Positions 16,788-28,479 of a stretch of DNA of 33,591 nucleotides are shown one piece after another. The notes under the pieces are model-generated. The model did no database searches. It saw only the letters and a program-made list of their open reading frames with translations, and was not told where the DNA came from. The DNA lies in NCBI GenBank assembly GCA_964549245.1, contig CAZJUO010000003.1, positions 1-33,591 of the forward strand, in the 5' to 3' direction. Positions within the stretch are counted from its first letter, which is position 1, and each line of letters begins with the position of its first letter. Position numbers and translations under genes: made by a program. This DNA comes from an uncultured Gammaproteobacteria bacterium (GTDB taxonomy: Bacteria; Patescibacteriota; Patescibacteriia; UBA10025; JAHIVO01).

Positions 16788-16816
16788 ATTATAGCTCTTT
16801 TTTGAAAAATAGTCAA
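16788..16816 (-). promoter_or_regulatory. near-consensus sigma70 promoter for the giant protein gene
   Basis: Minus strand: TTGACT (16816-16811), 17-nt spacer, TATAAT (16793-16788). This implies a leader of about 170 nt. Confidence 0.6.
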
Positions 16817-16902
16817 CCTACGATACAACAACATACAACATTCCCCCGCATCCACATAGGAACGCTTAATAATAAGCTGGGAATTGTCAGTACTGTGTCT
16901 GT

Positions 16903-17934
16903 TTACTCCTTCTCCTTCTCCTTCTGCTCGCTCGCGGTAAATACTTTTTTTCGAATTTCATCAATAAATTTTGGGTTTTGGCGTAAAAATAACCGGGCAT
17001 TCTCGCGTCCGACTCCCAGTTTGGTCTCGCCATATGCAAACGTATTCCCGCTCTTCTGTATAATATTATGCTCCACTCCCGTATCAATAAGATCACCGGC
17101 AACAGATATTCCTTCATTGTACATAATATCAAATTCACAACGCCGGAAAGGAGGAGCGACTTTATTCTTGACAATTTTACATTTGACCCGATTGCCGATT
17201 ACTTCATCTCCTTTTTTGATTTGTGCGGCCCGGCGTACTTCAATCCTGACCGAGGAATAAAATTTCAAAGCCATACCACCAGTAGTTGTTTCCGGATTTC
17301 CGAAAAACACGCCAATTTTCATTCTCGTCTGATTAATAAAAACAACGACTGTTTTTGTTTTGCTGATGATGCTGGCTAGTTTGCGCAGTGCTTGGCTCAT
17401 TAACCTGGCTTGCAGGCCCATATGCGCATCGCCCATCTCGCCTTCAATTTCGGCCTTGGGCGTCAAAGCGGCCACTGAATCAATTACCACCACATCGACC
17501 CCATTTGACCTAACCAGGGTTTCTGCAATCTCTAAAGCTTGCTCGCCCGTATCGGGCTGTGAAATCAGCAAATCATCAACATTGACTCCTATCTTTTTGG
17601 CGTACTCCGGATCCAACGCGTGTTCCGCATCAACAAAAGCGGCGGTCCCACCCCGCTTCTGCACTGAAGCCACAATATGTTGGGCCAGGGTGGTTTTTCC
17701 TGAGGCTTCAGGGCCATACACTTCGATAATTCGCCCACGCGGCACTCCTCCTACCCCCAAAGCTAAATCCAAGGAAAGACATCCGGTTGGCACAGCTTCA
17801 ACATTAGCTTTTTTAGCTTCGCCAAGTTTCATAATAGAACCATCGCCAAATCGTTCTTTGATTTGGGCAATAGCCTCTTGGGCGGCTTTTGAACGGCCGC
17901 TTTGTGAATCATTTGATTTTGGTTGTTTAGGCAT
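16903..17934 (-). CDS. recA: recombinase RecA
   Basis: 343 aa. Walker [12 protein letters not shown], and [52 protein letters not shown]. Confidence 0.97.
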   Translation of the reverse strand: MPKQPKSNDSQSGRSKAAQEAIAQIKERFGDGSIMKLGEAKKANVEAVPTGCLSLDLALGVGGVPRGRIIEVYGPEASGKTTLAQHIVASVQKRGGTAAFVDAEHALDPEYAKKIGVNVDDLLISQPDTGEQALEIAETLVRSNGVDVVVIDSVAALTPKAEIEGEMGDAHMGLQARLMSQALRKLASIISKTKTVVVFINQTRMKIGVFFGNPETTTGGMALKFYSSVRIEVRRAAQIKKGDEVIGNRVKCKIVKNKVAPPFRRCEFDIMYNEGISVAGDLIDTGVEHNIIQKSGNTFAYGETKLGVGRENARLFLRQNPKFIDEIRKKVFTASEQKEKEKE

Positions 17935-17960
17935 AATAAATAAGTTAATTATTAAAATTG

Positions 17961-18644
17961 CTATTTGTTTGGTGTTTCATACAGAATATGCCGCTCGATA
18001 ACCGTTGCCTTACTGCGTTTTTTCTTGGCGCTAATGGTTATGGTATTGATTCCCGATTTCAAATCAACTTCCTCCGAAAAAAAACCTTCTGGATCAAGGT
18101 ACACCAGCTCTCCATTTATAGTCACCGAAGCTTCGGGATTCGTCGTACCCTTTACTTCAATAACATCCTGCTGGATAGTAATATAGTCTGGAGGGTTTGC
18201 TATGGCCAAATCAGGTGGTGCAAAGATATTGCTCATCTCAAATAGGATATAAATCAGGCATACAAGTGCTACCATGCCGATGCCAATATTCCGCAATAAC
18301 CGCGGTGTAATAATTGCGCGAGGCATTTTTTGCCGGTCCGCGGAAAAGCTTGGCTGGTATTTTTTCCGTAATACCCGCCGTTCCTGGTCTCGATAAATAT
18401 TGAGCACAAATTCCTCACTTACTTTCAAATACCGAGCGTACCTTTTTAAAAAACTTTCAACATACACAGGGCCCGGCAGTAAAGTATACTCACTTTCTTC
18501 CAAGGCCCGCAGATATTTTTTCTGAATGCCCGTATCAGTCTCTGCTTGCTGTAAAGATATATTCGCTTCCTCGCGAACCCTGCGTAACCGCTCTCCTAGC
18601 GTTTTGGCATGCCGAATATTTCGTTTACTAAAATCAGTAACCAT
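17961..18644 (-). CDS. RodZ-like membrane protein (N-terminal XRE-type HTH, single TM, extracytoplasmic beta-rich domain)
   Basis: 227 aa. HTH segment [37 protein letters not shown] helix [16 protein letters not shown], and a C-terminal beta-rich domain. It sits 3 nt after ftsK and 26 nt before recA. Confidence 0.6.
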   Translation of the reverse strand: MVTDFSKRNIRHAKTLGERLRRVREEANISLQQAETDTGIQKKYLRALEESEYTLLPGPVYVESFLKRYARYLKVSEEFVLNIYRDQERRVLRKKYQPSFSADRQKMPRAIITPRLLRNIGIGMVALVCLIYILFEMSNIFAPPDLAIANPPDYITIQQDVIEVKGTTNPEASVTINGELVYLDPEGFFSEEVDLKSGINTITISAKKKRSKATVIERHILYETPNK

Positions 18645-18647
18645 ACA

Positions 18648-20948
18648 TTAATAATATTCCCGATCTTCCTCGTCTTCTTCTGTAATCTCTTCATTGCCTT
18701 CGTTGGTCCCGTCAGCAGCATCCATCCCTTGGTTTGGCGCCTGGCTGCGATCGACTAAAATCTCCCTGGGTTTTGCCCCGTCACCTGGACCGATAATTCC
18801 CTGCTCTTCTAAAATGTCCAGCAGCCTGGCTGCACGAGCGTATCCAATTCGCAATCGTCGCTGCAAAAATGAGGCTGAAGCTTTGCCAGCCTTAATCACT
18901 AACTCCTTGGCCTGCCCCAGCAACTCGTCATCAGCCAAGTCTTCGAAGTCCCTCTCCAGGGTTTTATCGATAACTTTAGCGGTTACCGCCTCCTGATATT
19001 CTGGGTTGGCTTGGTTTTTTAAGTGGCCCACCACGCGCGTGATTTCCTGGTCGGTAACATAGGCTCCTTGCAGCCGTTTTGGCTTTGAAACCTGCGGAGA
19101 TATATAGAGTAAATCCCCCCGGCCCAGCAGTTTTTCAGCGCCTGAGGAATCAAGAATAGTGCGAGAATCAACCGTTGAGGCTACGGAAAAGGCAATACGG
19201 GTGGTAATATTGGCTTTTATTAAGCCGGTGATAATATCAACCGAAGGCCGTTGCGTAGCCAAGACTAGGTGAATGCCGACCGCCCGTGCCATCTGGGCCA
19301 ACCTGATAATTGCCGCCTCAACTTCATTAGCCGCTACCGACATCAAATCAGCCAATTCATCAATAGCCAAAACCAAAAAGGGCATGGTATTGCCATTATC
19401 ACGATTGTACGTATGGATATCACGATGCCCACTTTTGGACAACAGTTCATAACGGCGGTCCATTTCCGAGACTACCCAACGGAGCGCGTTTATTGTTTTA
19501 TCAATTTCATTCACAACCGGCGTCAATAAATGAGGTATATCATTATATACTGACAATTCCACGCGCTTTGGATCAACCAAAATAAGCTTCAATTGTTCAG
19601 GGGTATTTTGGTACAATAAACTGATTAATATACTGTTCAAGCACACTGATTTTCCAGAACCGGTGGCCCCAGCGACTAGTAAGTGCGGCATGGGATCCAA
19701 ATCGGCCAGCCAGGTAGCGCCGGCTACGTCTTTGCCCAAAGCTACCGTTAGTGGTGATTTTCTTTTTTTGAATTCAGAACTTGTTAGTAACTCTTTAAGT
19801 TTTACCACGGCTACCGCTTGGTTGGGCACCTCGATACCGACTAATGACTTGCCGGGAATTGGCGCTTCAATACGGATAGGATGCGCCGCTAAGGCCAGCG
19901 CTAAATCGTTGCCCAAGGTAGTTATTTGGGACAACTTTACGCCTTCGGCTGGTTTGAGGGTGTATTGCGTAACCGTCGGTCCGACTTTAGTCTCTCCCAT
20001 CTCTACTTCGATTCCAAAATTCTCCAGCGTCTTTTGGATTCGCTTTTTACCGTCTTCAATATCTCCGCTCGTAGGCTTTTTATTGCTTGATTCTAACAAA
20101 TCGATTGGCAAATCAACTTTAGCTGATTTCTTTTTTTTCAAGACCGGAAGAGTTTGCTGTTGGCCCGATCGGTAATCAGGCTTTTGGGCGGTAGCGTCAC
20201 CCTCTTGGTCTAAATTATTTGCAGTAGCTTCTTGAGATACTTCTTTGACATCAAATGACGAAGATGGTTCTTCATCATCTTCCGTTGTTTCGGTTTCCGT
20301 GTCTTGGCTCATGTTTACTTTCAGTTTATAGAAAAACTCACGAAAACGCTCGGCGATTTTTCTGAATATACTGACCCCTCCTGATAAACGCTTGAGGGGG
20401 ATGTCAAATAAAATAAGTAATGAGACAATAGCTATAGCTACAATAACCACCCCACTAGCCCACGGGCCCATCAATTTTTGCAGGGGATAGTAAAGCAATA
20501 GCCCCACATAGCCGCCTCCTCTGCCTTGCTGAATATCAGCAGTAGCCCGTTCAAACGGAACGGCCGCCAAATGCAAAAAGGCTACCACACTCACTATCAG
20601 CAAAATAAAACCAACGTAGGTGGAAAGTCTCAATTCGTATTTTTGGGGCCGGGACAGAAAATACCCGAAAACCAACAAGAGTACGGGAAACAAATATTTT
20701 CCCCAACCAAACAGATATTCCAATCCTGTGTCAACCGCCTTGCCCATGGAGCCAGCCCCGCCAAATAAACTAAAAATCGACAAAATTGCTACCACAAATA
20801 CGACCACGACAACTATCCCGTTTTTTGTCTCTGACTTTAGCTGCCATCCATCCTTCTCGGTCTTTTCGTCTTCAGGGCTGTGCCTGGCCTCTTTCTTGGC
20901 CTCTTTTTTATACTTTTTCAAGTATTGTTTTTTTGCTTTTTGCGGCAT
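18648..20948 (-). CDS. ftsK: DNA translocase FtsK/SpoIIIE
   Basis: 766 aa. N-terminal TM helices, an acidic linker, Walker A GATGSGKS, Walker B LVLAIDELADL, the ATQRPSVD motif, and a gamma winged-helix tail ASASFLQRRLRIGYARAARLLDILEEQGIIGP. Confidence 0.95.
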   Translation of the reverse strand: MPQKAKKQYLKKYKKEAKKEARHSPEDEKTEKDGWQLKSETKNGIVVVVVFVVAILSIFSLFGGAGSMGKAVDTGLEYLFGWGKYLFPVLLLVFGYFLSRPQKYELRLSTYVGFILLIVSVVAFLHLAAVPFERATADIQQGRGGGYVGLLLYYPLQKLMGPWASGVVIVAIAIVSLLILFDIPLKRLSGGVSIFRKIAERFREFFYKLKVNMSQDTETETTEDDEEPSSSFDVKEVSQEATANNLDQEGDATAQKPDYRSGQQQTLPVLKKKKSAKVDLPIDLLESSNKKPTSGDIEDGKKRIQKTLENFGIEVEMGETKVGPTVTQYTLKPAEGVKLSQITTLGNDLALALAAHPIRIEAPIPGKSLVGIEVPNQAVAVVKLKELLTSSEFKKRKSPLTVALGKDVAGATWLADLDPMPHLLVAGATGSGKSVCLNSILISLLYQNTPEQLKLILVDPKRVELSVYNDIPHLLTPVVNEIDKTINALRWVVSEMDRRYELLSKSGHRDIHTYNRDNGNTMPFLVLAIDELADLMSVAANEVEAAIIRLAQMARAVGIHLVLATQRPSVDIITGLIKANITTRIAFSVASTVDSRTILDSSGAEKLLGRGDLLYISPQVSKPKRLQGAYVTDQEITRVVGHLKNQANPEYQEAVTAKVIDKTLERDFEDLADDELLGQAKELVIKAGKASASFLQRRLRIGYARAARLLDILEEQGIIGPGDGAKPREILVDRSQAPNQGMDAADGTNEGNEEITEEDEEDREYY

Positions 20949-20979
20949 GAAATACTTAGAAAAATTATAGAGTGCCTAT

Positions 20980-21008
20980 ATTTTATCATTTCCTCGCCAA
21001 AACCTCAA
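20980..21008 (-). promoter_or_regulatory. sigma70-like promoter for the ftsK / rodZ-like / recA unit
   Basis: Minus strand: TTGAGG (21008-21003), 17-nt spacer, TAAAAT (20985-20980). An alternative -10 TATAAT lies at 20969-20964. Confidence 0.45.
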
Positions 21009-21069
21009 TCTAAAAAAGCACCCGTTTAAAAAATATTAGGGAAGGTTTATAGTATATAAATAGCCTATA

Positions 21070-24000
21070 TTAGGTTTGTTTAAAGCCAGTCCCCGCCGGG
21101 ATTAATTTACCGATAATCACGTTTTCTTTCAGGCCACGCAGACTGTCAACTTTGCCTGATACGGCGGCGTCAATGAGCACACGTGCCGTCTCTTGGAAAG
21201 ACGCCGCGGATAGGAAGCTATCAATAGATAATGACGCCTTGGTAATGCCGAGCAATAACTGTTCGCCCACCGCCGGTTTGCCGCCTTTCTTTTTTATTTC
21301 AGCATTAACTTCTACATACTTGCTTCGTTCTACCACTTCCCCAGATAAGAGGTTCGTGTCACCAGGATTCTTAATGTATATTCTAGAAAACATCTGGCGA
21401 ACGACTGTTTCTATATGCTTATCATTGAGTTTTTGGCCTTGTGACGAGTAAATATATTGGATTTCTTTAATGATATACCGTTCTACCGCCTCCTGGCCCT
21501 TCAAATAAAACAATTGATGCAAATCCAAGCTGCCATCGGTCAGCTGGTCTCCTTTAGTAACCAGCTCACCATCCTTGGCCCAAATCATCTGGCTGCTCGG
21601 TACGGAATAATCCCGTTTCTTCTTTTTCTCGCTAACTACCACTATTTTGTCTTTTTCTACCTTTACGGTACCGTCTTTCTTGCTGGCTACTCTCTTTTCT
21701 CCATCCGTATAGAGTGTTTGGCCTATAGTGACTTTATCACCATTTTTCACTTGTACTGCAGGTTTTTTACCCTTCAGGGCATAGTCGCTCTCTTCCACAT
21801 CACTATGGTGGATAATAATCCGTTTCGTTCCTTTCTCTTCTTCTGTAATTTCAACCTTGCCATCTACCCCCGCCACAATCGCCGGCCGTCTGATAGGTCG
21901 GGCCTCAAACAACTCTTCTACTCGCGGTAAACCCTGGGTAATATCCTGTCCAGCCACGCCACCTGTATGGAACGTACGCATAGTCAACTGTGTTCCCGGC
22001 TCGCCAATGCTTTGAGCGGCAATTATGCCGACAGCGGTACCCGGTTTTACCAATTGGTTAAACCCTAAATCATATCCATAACACTTTCTGCAAACACCCC
22101 ATTTGGCTTTACACCGAAGCACTGAACGCACTGTTACTTTTTCGAGATCAATTTTCTTCAGCTGTGGAAGAACTTCCTCGGTTACTAACTCTCCTTTTTT
22201 AACCAAGGGTTTTTTGGCGCGGGGAGCCACAATGTCTTCCAATACTACCCGGCCTAATAATCGGTCTGCCATTTCTTCTGCCATTTCTTCGCTTTCTTTC
22301 TTGGTTATATCAAAACCCTCGGTGTCTTTACAGTCCTCTTCGGTAATCAAGACGTCTTGGGAGACATCAACCAAACGACGGGTAAGGTAACCGGCGTTTG
22401 CTGTGCGTAAGGCCGTATCAGACAAACCTTTTCGTGCGCCATGGGTAGAAATAAAATATTCCAATACGTCAAAACCTTCTTTGAAACTTCCCGTAACCGG
22501 CAATTCAATCGTTTCTCCAGCGGGGTTAGTAACCAATCCTTTCATGCCCATCATCTGTGTTGTCTGCGGCCAGGATCCGCGTGCTCCAGATTCGATCATA
22601 GAATAAACTGACCCTTCTTTATCAAGCGCTTCTCGGCTGACTTTTTGTATTTTATCTTTTGCTTCCGCCCACGCTTCGATAACTTTGACATGCTGTTCAT
22701 CGTCTGTAAGTAATCCCTGCTCGTAATGCGAATGTACCTCCTCTACTTTGGCAGTCGCCTCTCGCAATATCTCTTTCTTTTGCGTAGGAGTCACCAGATC
22801 ACCCATCCCCCAACTAATGCCGGAAGTAGTCAGATACTTGAAAGCCATTTTTTTCATATCGTCTAAAAGGGCTACGGTCTTTTCATTGCCCAATTTAGTC
22901 AAAAACTGGCTGATAATTTTTGACAAACCTTTGCGGTCCATGACCTCATTAATAAATTCATACTGCTTGGGAAATATTTGATTGAAGATGATGCGGCCGA
23001 CTGAAGTTTCAAGCACTTTATTATTAATCTTTACTGTAATCATATCTTGGATATGAATATGGCCAAGCTGGTGGGCCATTAAAGCCTCGTCCCTTGAACT
23101 GAAAATTTTCTTTCCTTTTTCCTTGGAATCCCTCTTAATAGAGGTCAAATAGTAGCAACCCAAAACGATATCCTGCGAGGGGGAAATCACTGGCATACCG
23201 GTAGCTGGTTTCAATAAATTTTGTACTGAAGCAATGATCGACACCGCTTCCTCCTTGGCACTTTCAGTGAGCGGAACATGGACAGCCATTTGATCTCCAT
23301 CAAAATCAGCATTGAAAGCCGTACAAACCAAAGGGTGCACCTGAATAGCTTTACCCTCGATAAGCACCGGCCGAAAAGCCTGAATGCCCAGACGATGCAG
23401 GGTAGGCGCTCGGTTTAATAATACGTGAGCGTCCTTGGTTACCGCTTCCAAAATATCCCACACTTCGGGACGTTCTGCTTCAATAAAACGGTTAGCACTG
23501 CGTACATTATGGACAAACTCCTGTTTTATTAATTGGCTGATAATAAAGGGTTTAAAAAGCTCCAGGGCCATTCGTTTTGGCAGTCCGCATTGGTCCATGC
23601 GCAAGTGCGGCCCAACGACAATCACCGACCGGCCAGAATAATCAACGCGTTTACCCAATAAATTTTGACGGAACCGGCCTTGCTTTCCTTTTAAAATGTC
23701 CGCGATGGATTTCAGCATGCGCTTTTGGCCGGTCGAAGCGGTAACGGTCTTGCCGTGCCGTGCGTTATTGTCAATCAAGGCGTCGACTGCTTCCTGCAGC
23801 ATGCGCTTTTCGTTGCGCTGGATAACTTCAGGCGCGTTTAAAGTAATCAGTCGTTTTAATCGGTTATTTCTATTAATGACGCGCCGATACAAATCATTCA
23901 AATCAGAAGCCGCAAAACGGCCGCCATCCAGCTGAACCATGGGACGCAGATCGGGAGGAATAACCGGTATCGCAGTCACGATCATCCATTCCGGTCGCAA

Positions 24001-24933
24001 TTTATTAATTTTAAAACTCTTGTATAAACGGAGCTGGCGCACCAAACGGCGTTTCTTGCTTTCCGGTGAACCGCTAATCTCCTCCTCTATTTCCTTAATT
24101 TTAGCTTCGATATCGATTTCCTGGAGTAAATCTCGAACGGCTTCTGCGCCGATGCCGGCCTCAAAAACATGTCCGTATTTTAATGATAAATCACGATAGG
24201 TTTGCTCCGAAATAATTTGCAAAGGCTTCAGATCACGCAATTCTTTTTTCGCCAGGTCAACCGCTTCGTTAAGATCTTTCAGTTTCTCCTCTCGAATTTC
24301 GCTATTTGCCATCAGCTCTTCATTGATTTCTTTTTCAATTTTTTTCTTTTTCTCCTCGTTGTTTTCTTTACTCAATCGATCAACTTTTTTCTGTTTGATA
24401 TCATTAGCCAATCGGTCAAATTCCGCGTCGATGCTTTTCTTTTTGGCCTGGTGCTCTGTTTCAATTTGCTGCAGCGTCTCCTGGCGCAAATTATCATCAA
24501 TCTTAGTAATAATAAAATTCGCAAAATAAATGACTTTTTCCAATTCTTGGATAGATAAATTTAAAACTAGGCCGATCTTTGAGGGTACTCCCCGTAAAAA
24601 CCAAATGTGTGATACTGGCGCGGCCAGCTTAATATGCCCCATTCGCTCGCGGCGTACAATACTGCGCGTCACCTCAACACCGCATTTATCGCAAATAATG
24701 CCCTTATAGCGTACTTTTTTGTACTTACCGCAATAGCACTCCCAATCCTTAGTGGGACCAAATATTTTTTCACAGAAAAGACCGTCCTTTTCCGGCTTTT
24801 GCGTTCGATAATTTATCGTTTCCGGTTTCAGCACTTCACCGTGCGACCAATTCAAAATATTATCCGGTGAAGCCAGCTTCAAACGAATGGCTTTAAAATC
24901 TACTGTCTGCGTTGATGTATCGTTGGGTGCCAT
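21070..24933 (-). CDS. rpoC: DNA-directed RNA polymerase subunit beta'
   Basis: 1287 aa. Zn finger CYCGKYKKVRYKGIICDKCGVEV and catalytic NADFDGDQMAVH. It starts 3 nt after the rpoB stop. Confidence 0.98.
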   Translation of the reverse strand: MAPNDTSTQTVDFKAIRLKLASPDNILNWSHGEVLKPETINYRTQKPEKDGLFCEKIFGPTKDWECYCGKYKKVRYKGIICDKCGVEVTRSIVRRERMGHIKLAAPVSHIWFLRGVPSKIGLVLNLSIQELEKVIYFANFIITKIDDNLRQETLQQIETEHQAKKKSIDAEFDRLANDIKQKKVDRLSKENNEEKKKKIEKEINEELMANSEIREEKLKDLNEAVDLAKKELRDLKPLQIISEQTYRDLSLKYGHVFEAGIGAEAVRDLLQEIDIEAKIKEIEEEISGSPESKKRRLVRQLRLYKSFKINKLRPEWMIVTAIPVIPPDLRPMVQLDGGRFAASDLNDLYRRVINRNNRLKRLITLNAPEVIQRNEKRMLQEAVDALIDNNARHGKTVTASTGQKRMLKSIADILKGKQGRFRQNLLGKRVDYSGRSVIVVGPHLRMDQCGLPKRMALELFKPFIISQLIKQEFVHNVRSANRFIEAERPEVWDILEAVTKDAHVLLNRAPTLHRLGIQAFRPVLIEGKAIQVHPLVCTAFNADFDGDQMAVHVPLTESAKEEAVSIIASVQNLLKPATGMPVISPSQDIVLGCYYLTSIKRDSKEKGKKIFSSRDEALMAHQLGHIHIQDMITVKINNKVLETSVGRIIFNQIFPKQYEFINEVMDRKGLSKIISQFLTKLGNEKTVALLDDMKKMAFKYLTTSGISWGMGDLVTPTQKKEILREATAKVEEVHSHYEQGLLTDDEQHVKVIEAWAEAKDKIQKVSREALDKEGSVYSMIESGARGSWPQTTQMMGMKGLVTNPAGETIELPVTGSFKEGFDVLEYFISTHGARKGLSDTALRTANAGYLTRRLVDVSQDVLITEEDCKDTEGFDITKKESEEMAEEMADRLLGRVVLEDIVAPRAKKPLVKKGELVTEEVLPQLKKIDLEKVTVRSVLRCKAKWGVCRKCYGYDLGFNQLVKPGTAVGIIAAQSIGEPGTQLTMRTFHTGGVAGQDITQGLPRVEELFEARPIRRPAIVAGVDGKVEITEEEKGTKRIIIHHSDVEESDYALKGKKPAVQVKNGDKVTIGQTLYTDGEKRVASKKDGTVKVEKDKIVVVSEKKKKRDYSVPSSQMIWAKDGELVTKGDQLTDGSLDLHQLFYLKGQEAVERYIIKEIQYIYSSQGQKLNDKHIETVVRQMFSRIYIKNPGDTNLLSGEVVERSKYVEVNAEIKKKGGKPAVGEQLLLGITKASLSIDSFLSAASFQETARVLIDAAVSGKVDSLRGLKENVIIGKLIPAGTGFKQT

Positions 24934-24936
24934 ATA

Positions 24937-27900
24937 TTATTTTTTATCTTTTTTAGGACGGTCCTCATTGGCATCTGCCTCCGGTTTTTTCTCGCTGCCG
25001 ATCAGCTCTACATCCAGGCATAGGCCTTTGAGTTCCCTGACCAGTACGTTAAAACCCTCGGGAACATTAATCCGTTTTATCGGCTCACCTTTTATAATCG
25101 CTTCATACGCTTTTGAACGCCCCGGAACGTCATCCGATTTTATGGTCAGCATTTCCTGTAATGTATGGGCCGCTCCATATGCTTCCAGGGCCCAAACTTC
25201 CATCTCACCAAAACGTTGGCCTCCGAATTGGGCTTTTCCGCCAAGCGGCTGCTGGGTAACGAGCGAATAAGGGCCGATGGAACGCATGTGAATCTTATCT
25301 TCTACCATATGATTCAGCTTCATCATATAGATGTAGCCAACGGTAACCGTCTGGTCAAATGCTTCGCCGGTACGGCCATCATGGAGTACGATTTTACCGT
25401 CACGGGGGAAACCAGCCCGCTGCAATTCATCACGGATCGTCTTCTCTGGAACACCGTTGAGCGCCGTACTGGCTACCATATAACCAAACTTTTTAGCGGC
25501 CATACCCAAGTGCGTCTCTAAAATTTGACCAAGGTTCATGCGGGATGCGACACCAAGCGGGTTGAGAATAATATCTACCGGCCTGCCGTCTTCTAAATAA
25601 GGCATATCTTCAACCGGAACCGTACGGGAAATCACACCTTTATTGCCATGGCGGCCGGCCATTTTATCGCCCACCTGCAATTTTCGCAATTGCGCTACCG
25701 AAACCTGAATTGACTTGATAATGCCTGAAGCCAGCTTATCGCCCCGCTCCCTGGAAAATACTTTTATATCAACCACTTTGCCATGCTCCCCATGTTCCAG
25801 GTACAGTGAGCTGTCTTTAACGTCTTTAGCTTTTTCGCCGAAGATAGCCCGCAGTAGTTTTTCCTCTGCTGATAATTCGGTTTCTCCTTTGGGTGTAATC
25901 TTACCTACCAAAATATCACCGGAAGAAACTTCGGCACCAATACGGACAACCCCTTCTTCATCTAAATCTTTTAGCTTTTCCTCTCCGATATTTGGAATAT
26001 CGCGAGTTACCACCTCCGGACCAAGTTTTGTGTCACGCACATCAACGGTATAATCCTCTATATGAATCGAGGTGAAGCGGTCTTCATGCACCATGCGTTC
26101 AGAAATCAATATTGCATCTTCATAATTGCCCCCTTCCCAGGACATAAAAGCTACTATAATATTCTGTCCCAGGGCCAACTCGCCGTTATCGGTAGCCGGG
26201 CCATCAGCTAAGACCTCCCCCTTCTTCACCTTTTGATTAACAGATACAATGGGCCGCTGGTTAATACACGTCGAGGCATTGGATCGAACAAATTTTTGCA
26301 ATCGATACTTCCGGGTTTTGCCGTTCTCCTCCTGCACATGAATTTCGTCTCCGCCCACTTGTACTACCGTACCATCGTTTTTACATACAGAAACCTGTCC
26401 GGAATCACGAGCCGCCTTGGCCTCTACGCCAGTACCAACCAATGGAGCGTCAGTCTTTACGCACGGCACTGCTTGTCGTTGCATGTTTGAACCCATTAAG
26501 GCGCGTACCGCATCATCATGCTCTAAAAAGGGAATCAATGAAGTGGTAATACTAATGATCTGATATGGAGCTACATCCATATAATCAATCTTGGTTACAT
26601 CGCTAATCGTCGGCTCACCATGTTTGCGCACCTCGGATTTCTCATTGACAAAGTAACCATGCTCATCAATAGGCGTAGTCGCTGATGCGGTAATATATTG
26701 TTCTTCCACAAAGGCATCCAAAAACACAACTTCGTCTGTCACGCGTGGTTTAATCGGAATCGTTTTATGGTCAGTAGCGGATAGCTGCTTGGCTTTTTCC
26801 TTAGTAATTTTTTCACCCTTCTTTACAATGGCTACATCGCTGCTGTCGGCGATATCTTCACGGGCAATTTCGCCTTCAGTGATGGCAGGCTTATTATCAA
26901 TATCATGAATCACTTTCCGATATGGGCTTTCAATAAAGCCAAACTCATTGACCCGCGCATAGCAAGACAAATGGCCAACCAAACCAATATTCGGACCTTC
27001 TGGCGTGGCAATCGGGCAAATACGGCCATAATGAGTCCTATGCACATCGCGTACGTCAAAACCAGCCCGTTCCCGCGACAATCCCCCCGGACCCATAGCT
27101 GACAAGCGGCGCTTGTGTTCCAGCTCGGCTAAGGGGTTTGTTTGGTCCATAAACTGGGAAAGTTGGGAGGACATAAAAAATTCTTTCACCGAACCAATCA
27201 CCGGGCGGGCGTTAACCAGCTGATTGGGAGTTAGGGTATTGATATCGAGCGTACTCATTCTGTCTTTAATAATTCGTTCCATACGCGCTAGGCCGACTCG
27301 AAATTTATTCTGCACCAATTCACCAATTGCTCGAACGCGCCGATTGCCCAAATGGTCAATGTCATCCGCTTCCTTCTGTGAATTATTGAGCCTGATAACT
27401 TCTTTTATAATTTCAATCAAATCTTCCTTTTGCAGTACACGGTACTCTTTTTTATTAGGAAAATCAAAATTAAAACGTTGGTTCAGTTTAAAACGACCAA
27501 CGCGGCCAAAATCATACCGATCAAAACTAAAAAACATTTTATGGATAAGATCACGTGCGTTATCCACCGTGGCTAAATCTCCTGGCCTGATACGCTTATA
27601 TACCTCTTTCAAACCTTCAGCTTCATTGCGGGAAATATCCTTTTCTATAGTCGCTTCCAAATATTTATTCTCGGGGTGCGTGTCAACATCCGCAAATACC
27701 CCTTTGATCTCCTCGTCATTGCCAAAGCCAAAAGCCCGCAGTAAGGCGGTCACCGGCACTTTGCGCTTTCGATCAATTTTAACCGCGATAACATTATTGG
27801 CGTCAACCTCCAGTTCAAGCCAGGCGCCGCGATTGGGAATAATTTTTGCTCCGTAATACCGCCGTCCGCGGACAATATCAGAAGTAAAAAAAACACCAGC

Positions 27901-28299
27901 CGAACGGTGCAGCTGGCTGACCACCACCCGCTCAATACCATTGATAATAAAAGTGCCGCGGTCAGTCATAAGTGGAAAATCGCCAAGATATACTTCCTGC
28001 TCTTTAATCTCCCCCGTCTTTTTATTAACTAACTTTGTCTCAACTCGTAAAGCAGCTTCGTAGGTAATGTTTTTTGCTTTGGCTGCCCACTCGTCAAACC
28101 GAGGTTCATCAAGATAATAGTCCAAAAAATACAATTCCAAATCTCGCCCGATAAAATCTTTAACGGGGGATACCTCATCAAATAGTTCCCGTAGTCCCTC
28201 TTTTAATAACCACTGATAAGAAGCTTTTTGCGCTTCTATCAAGTCGGGTAATTCGGCGGCAGCTTTGATTGTCGTAAATCGTTTACGATCAACTGGCAT
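24937..28299 (-). CDS. rpoB: DNA-directed RNA polymerase subunit beta
   Basis: 1120 aa, with conserved blocks [55 protein letters not shown] and [27 protein letters not shown]. Confidence 0.98.
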   Translation of the reverse strand: MPVDRKRFTTIKAAAELPDLIEAQKASYQWLLKEGLRELFDEVSPVKDFIGRDLELYFLDYYLDEPRFDEWAAKAKNITYEAALRVETKLVNKKTGEIKEQEVYLGDFPLMTDRGTFIINGIERVVVSQLHRSAGVFFTSDIVRGRRYYGAKIIPNRGAWLELEVDANNVIAVKIDRKRKVPVTALLRAFGFGNDEEIKGVFADVDTHPENKYLEATIEKDISRNEAEGLKEVYKRIRPGDLATVDNARDLIHKMFFSFDRYDFGRVGRFKLNQRFNFDFPNKKEYRVLQKEDLIEIIKEVIRLNNSQKEADDIDHLGNRRVRAIGELVQNKFRVGLARMERIIKDRMSTLDINTLTPNQLVNARPVIGSVKEFFMSSQLSQFMDQTNPLAELEHKRRLSAMGPGGLSRERAGFDVRDVHRTHYGRICPIATPEGPNIGLVGHLSCYARVNEFGFIESPYRKVIHDIDNKPAITEGEIAREDIADSSDVAIVKKGEKITKEKAKQLSATDHKTIPIKPRVTDEVVFLDAFVEEQYITASATTPIDEHGYFVNEKSEVRKHGEPTISDVTKIDYMDVAPYQIISITTSLIPFLEHDDAVRALMGSNMQRQAVPCVKTDAPLVGTGVEAKAARDSGQVSVCKNDGTVVQVGGDEIHVQEENGKTRKYRLQKFVRSNASTCINQRPIVSVNQKVKKGEVLADGPATDNGELALGQNIIVAFMSWEGGNYEDAILISERMVHEDRFTSIHIEDYTVDVRDTKLGPEVVTRDIPNIGEEKLKDLDEEGVVRIGAEVSSGDILVGKITPKGETELSAEEKLLRAIFGEKAKDVKDSSLYLEHGEHGKVVDIKVFSRERGDKLASGIIKSIQVSVAQLRKLQVGDKMAGRHGNKGVISRTVPVEDMPYLEDGRPVDIILNPLGVASRMNLGQILETHLGMAAKKFGYMVASTALNGVPEKTIRDELQRAGFPRDGKIVLHDGRTGEAFDQTVTVGYIYMMKLNHMVEDKIHMRSIGPYSLVTQQPLGGKAQFGGQRFGEMEVWALEAYGAAHTLQEMLTIKSDDVPGRSKAYEAIIKGEPIKRINVPEGFNVLVRELKGLCLDVELIGSEKKPEADANEDRPKKDKK

Positions 28300-28450
28300 G
28301 TTGAAAAAAAGCTTATAATATAAAAAAAGAAAACCCCTTTTCTTAATATTTTAAAATCAAGAAAAAGAATGTAGCTAGCTATTATATTGTGTAATAGTGG
28401 AACGTCATTGAATGTTTAGACGTCTTCCTCTTACGGAAATTAGTATTTCG

Positions 28451-28479
28451 AGTGTAGCAGATGCGCTTATGGCTGTCAA
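28451..28479 (-). promoter_or_regulatory. sigma70-like promoter for rpoBC
   Basis: Minus strand: TTGACA (28479-28474), 17-nt spacer, TACACT (28456-28451). This implies an AT-rich leader of about 145 nt before the rpoB ATG at 28299. Confidence 0.5.

Noticed and set aside
17360-18001. A 213-aa plus-strand ORF antisense to recA. Similar long antisense ORFs occur at 27224-27856 (in rpoB), 19663-20175 (in ftsK), 21457-21930 and 24202-24558 (in rpoC), and 15373-15729 (in the giant gene).
   Set aside because: All lie entirely inside strongly supported genes on the opposite strand. They have low-complexity Ser/Pro/Ala/Leu-rich translations, no SD or promoter signals, and no recognisable motifs. They are typical shadow ORFs.
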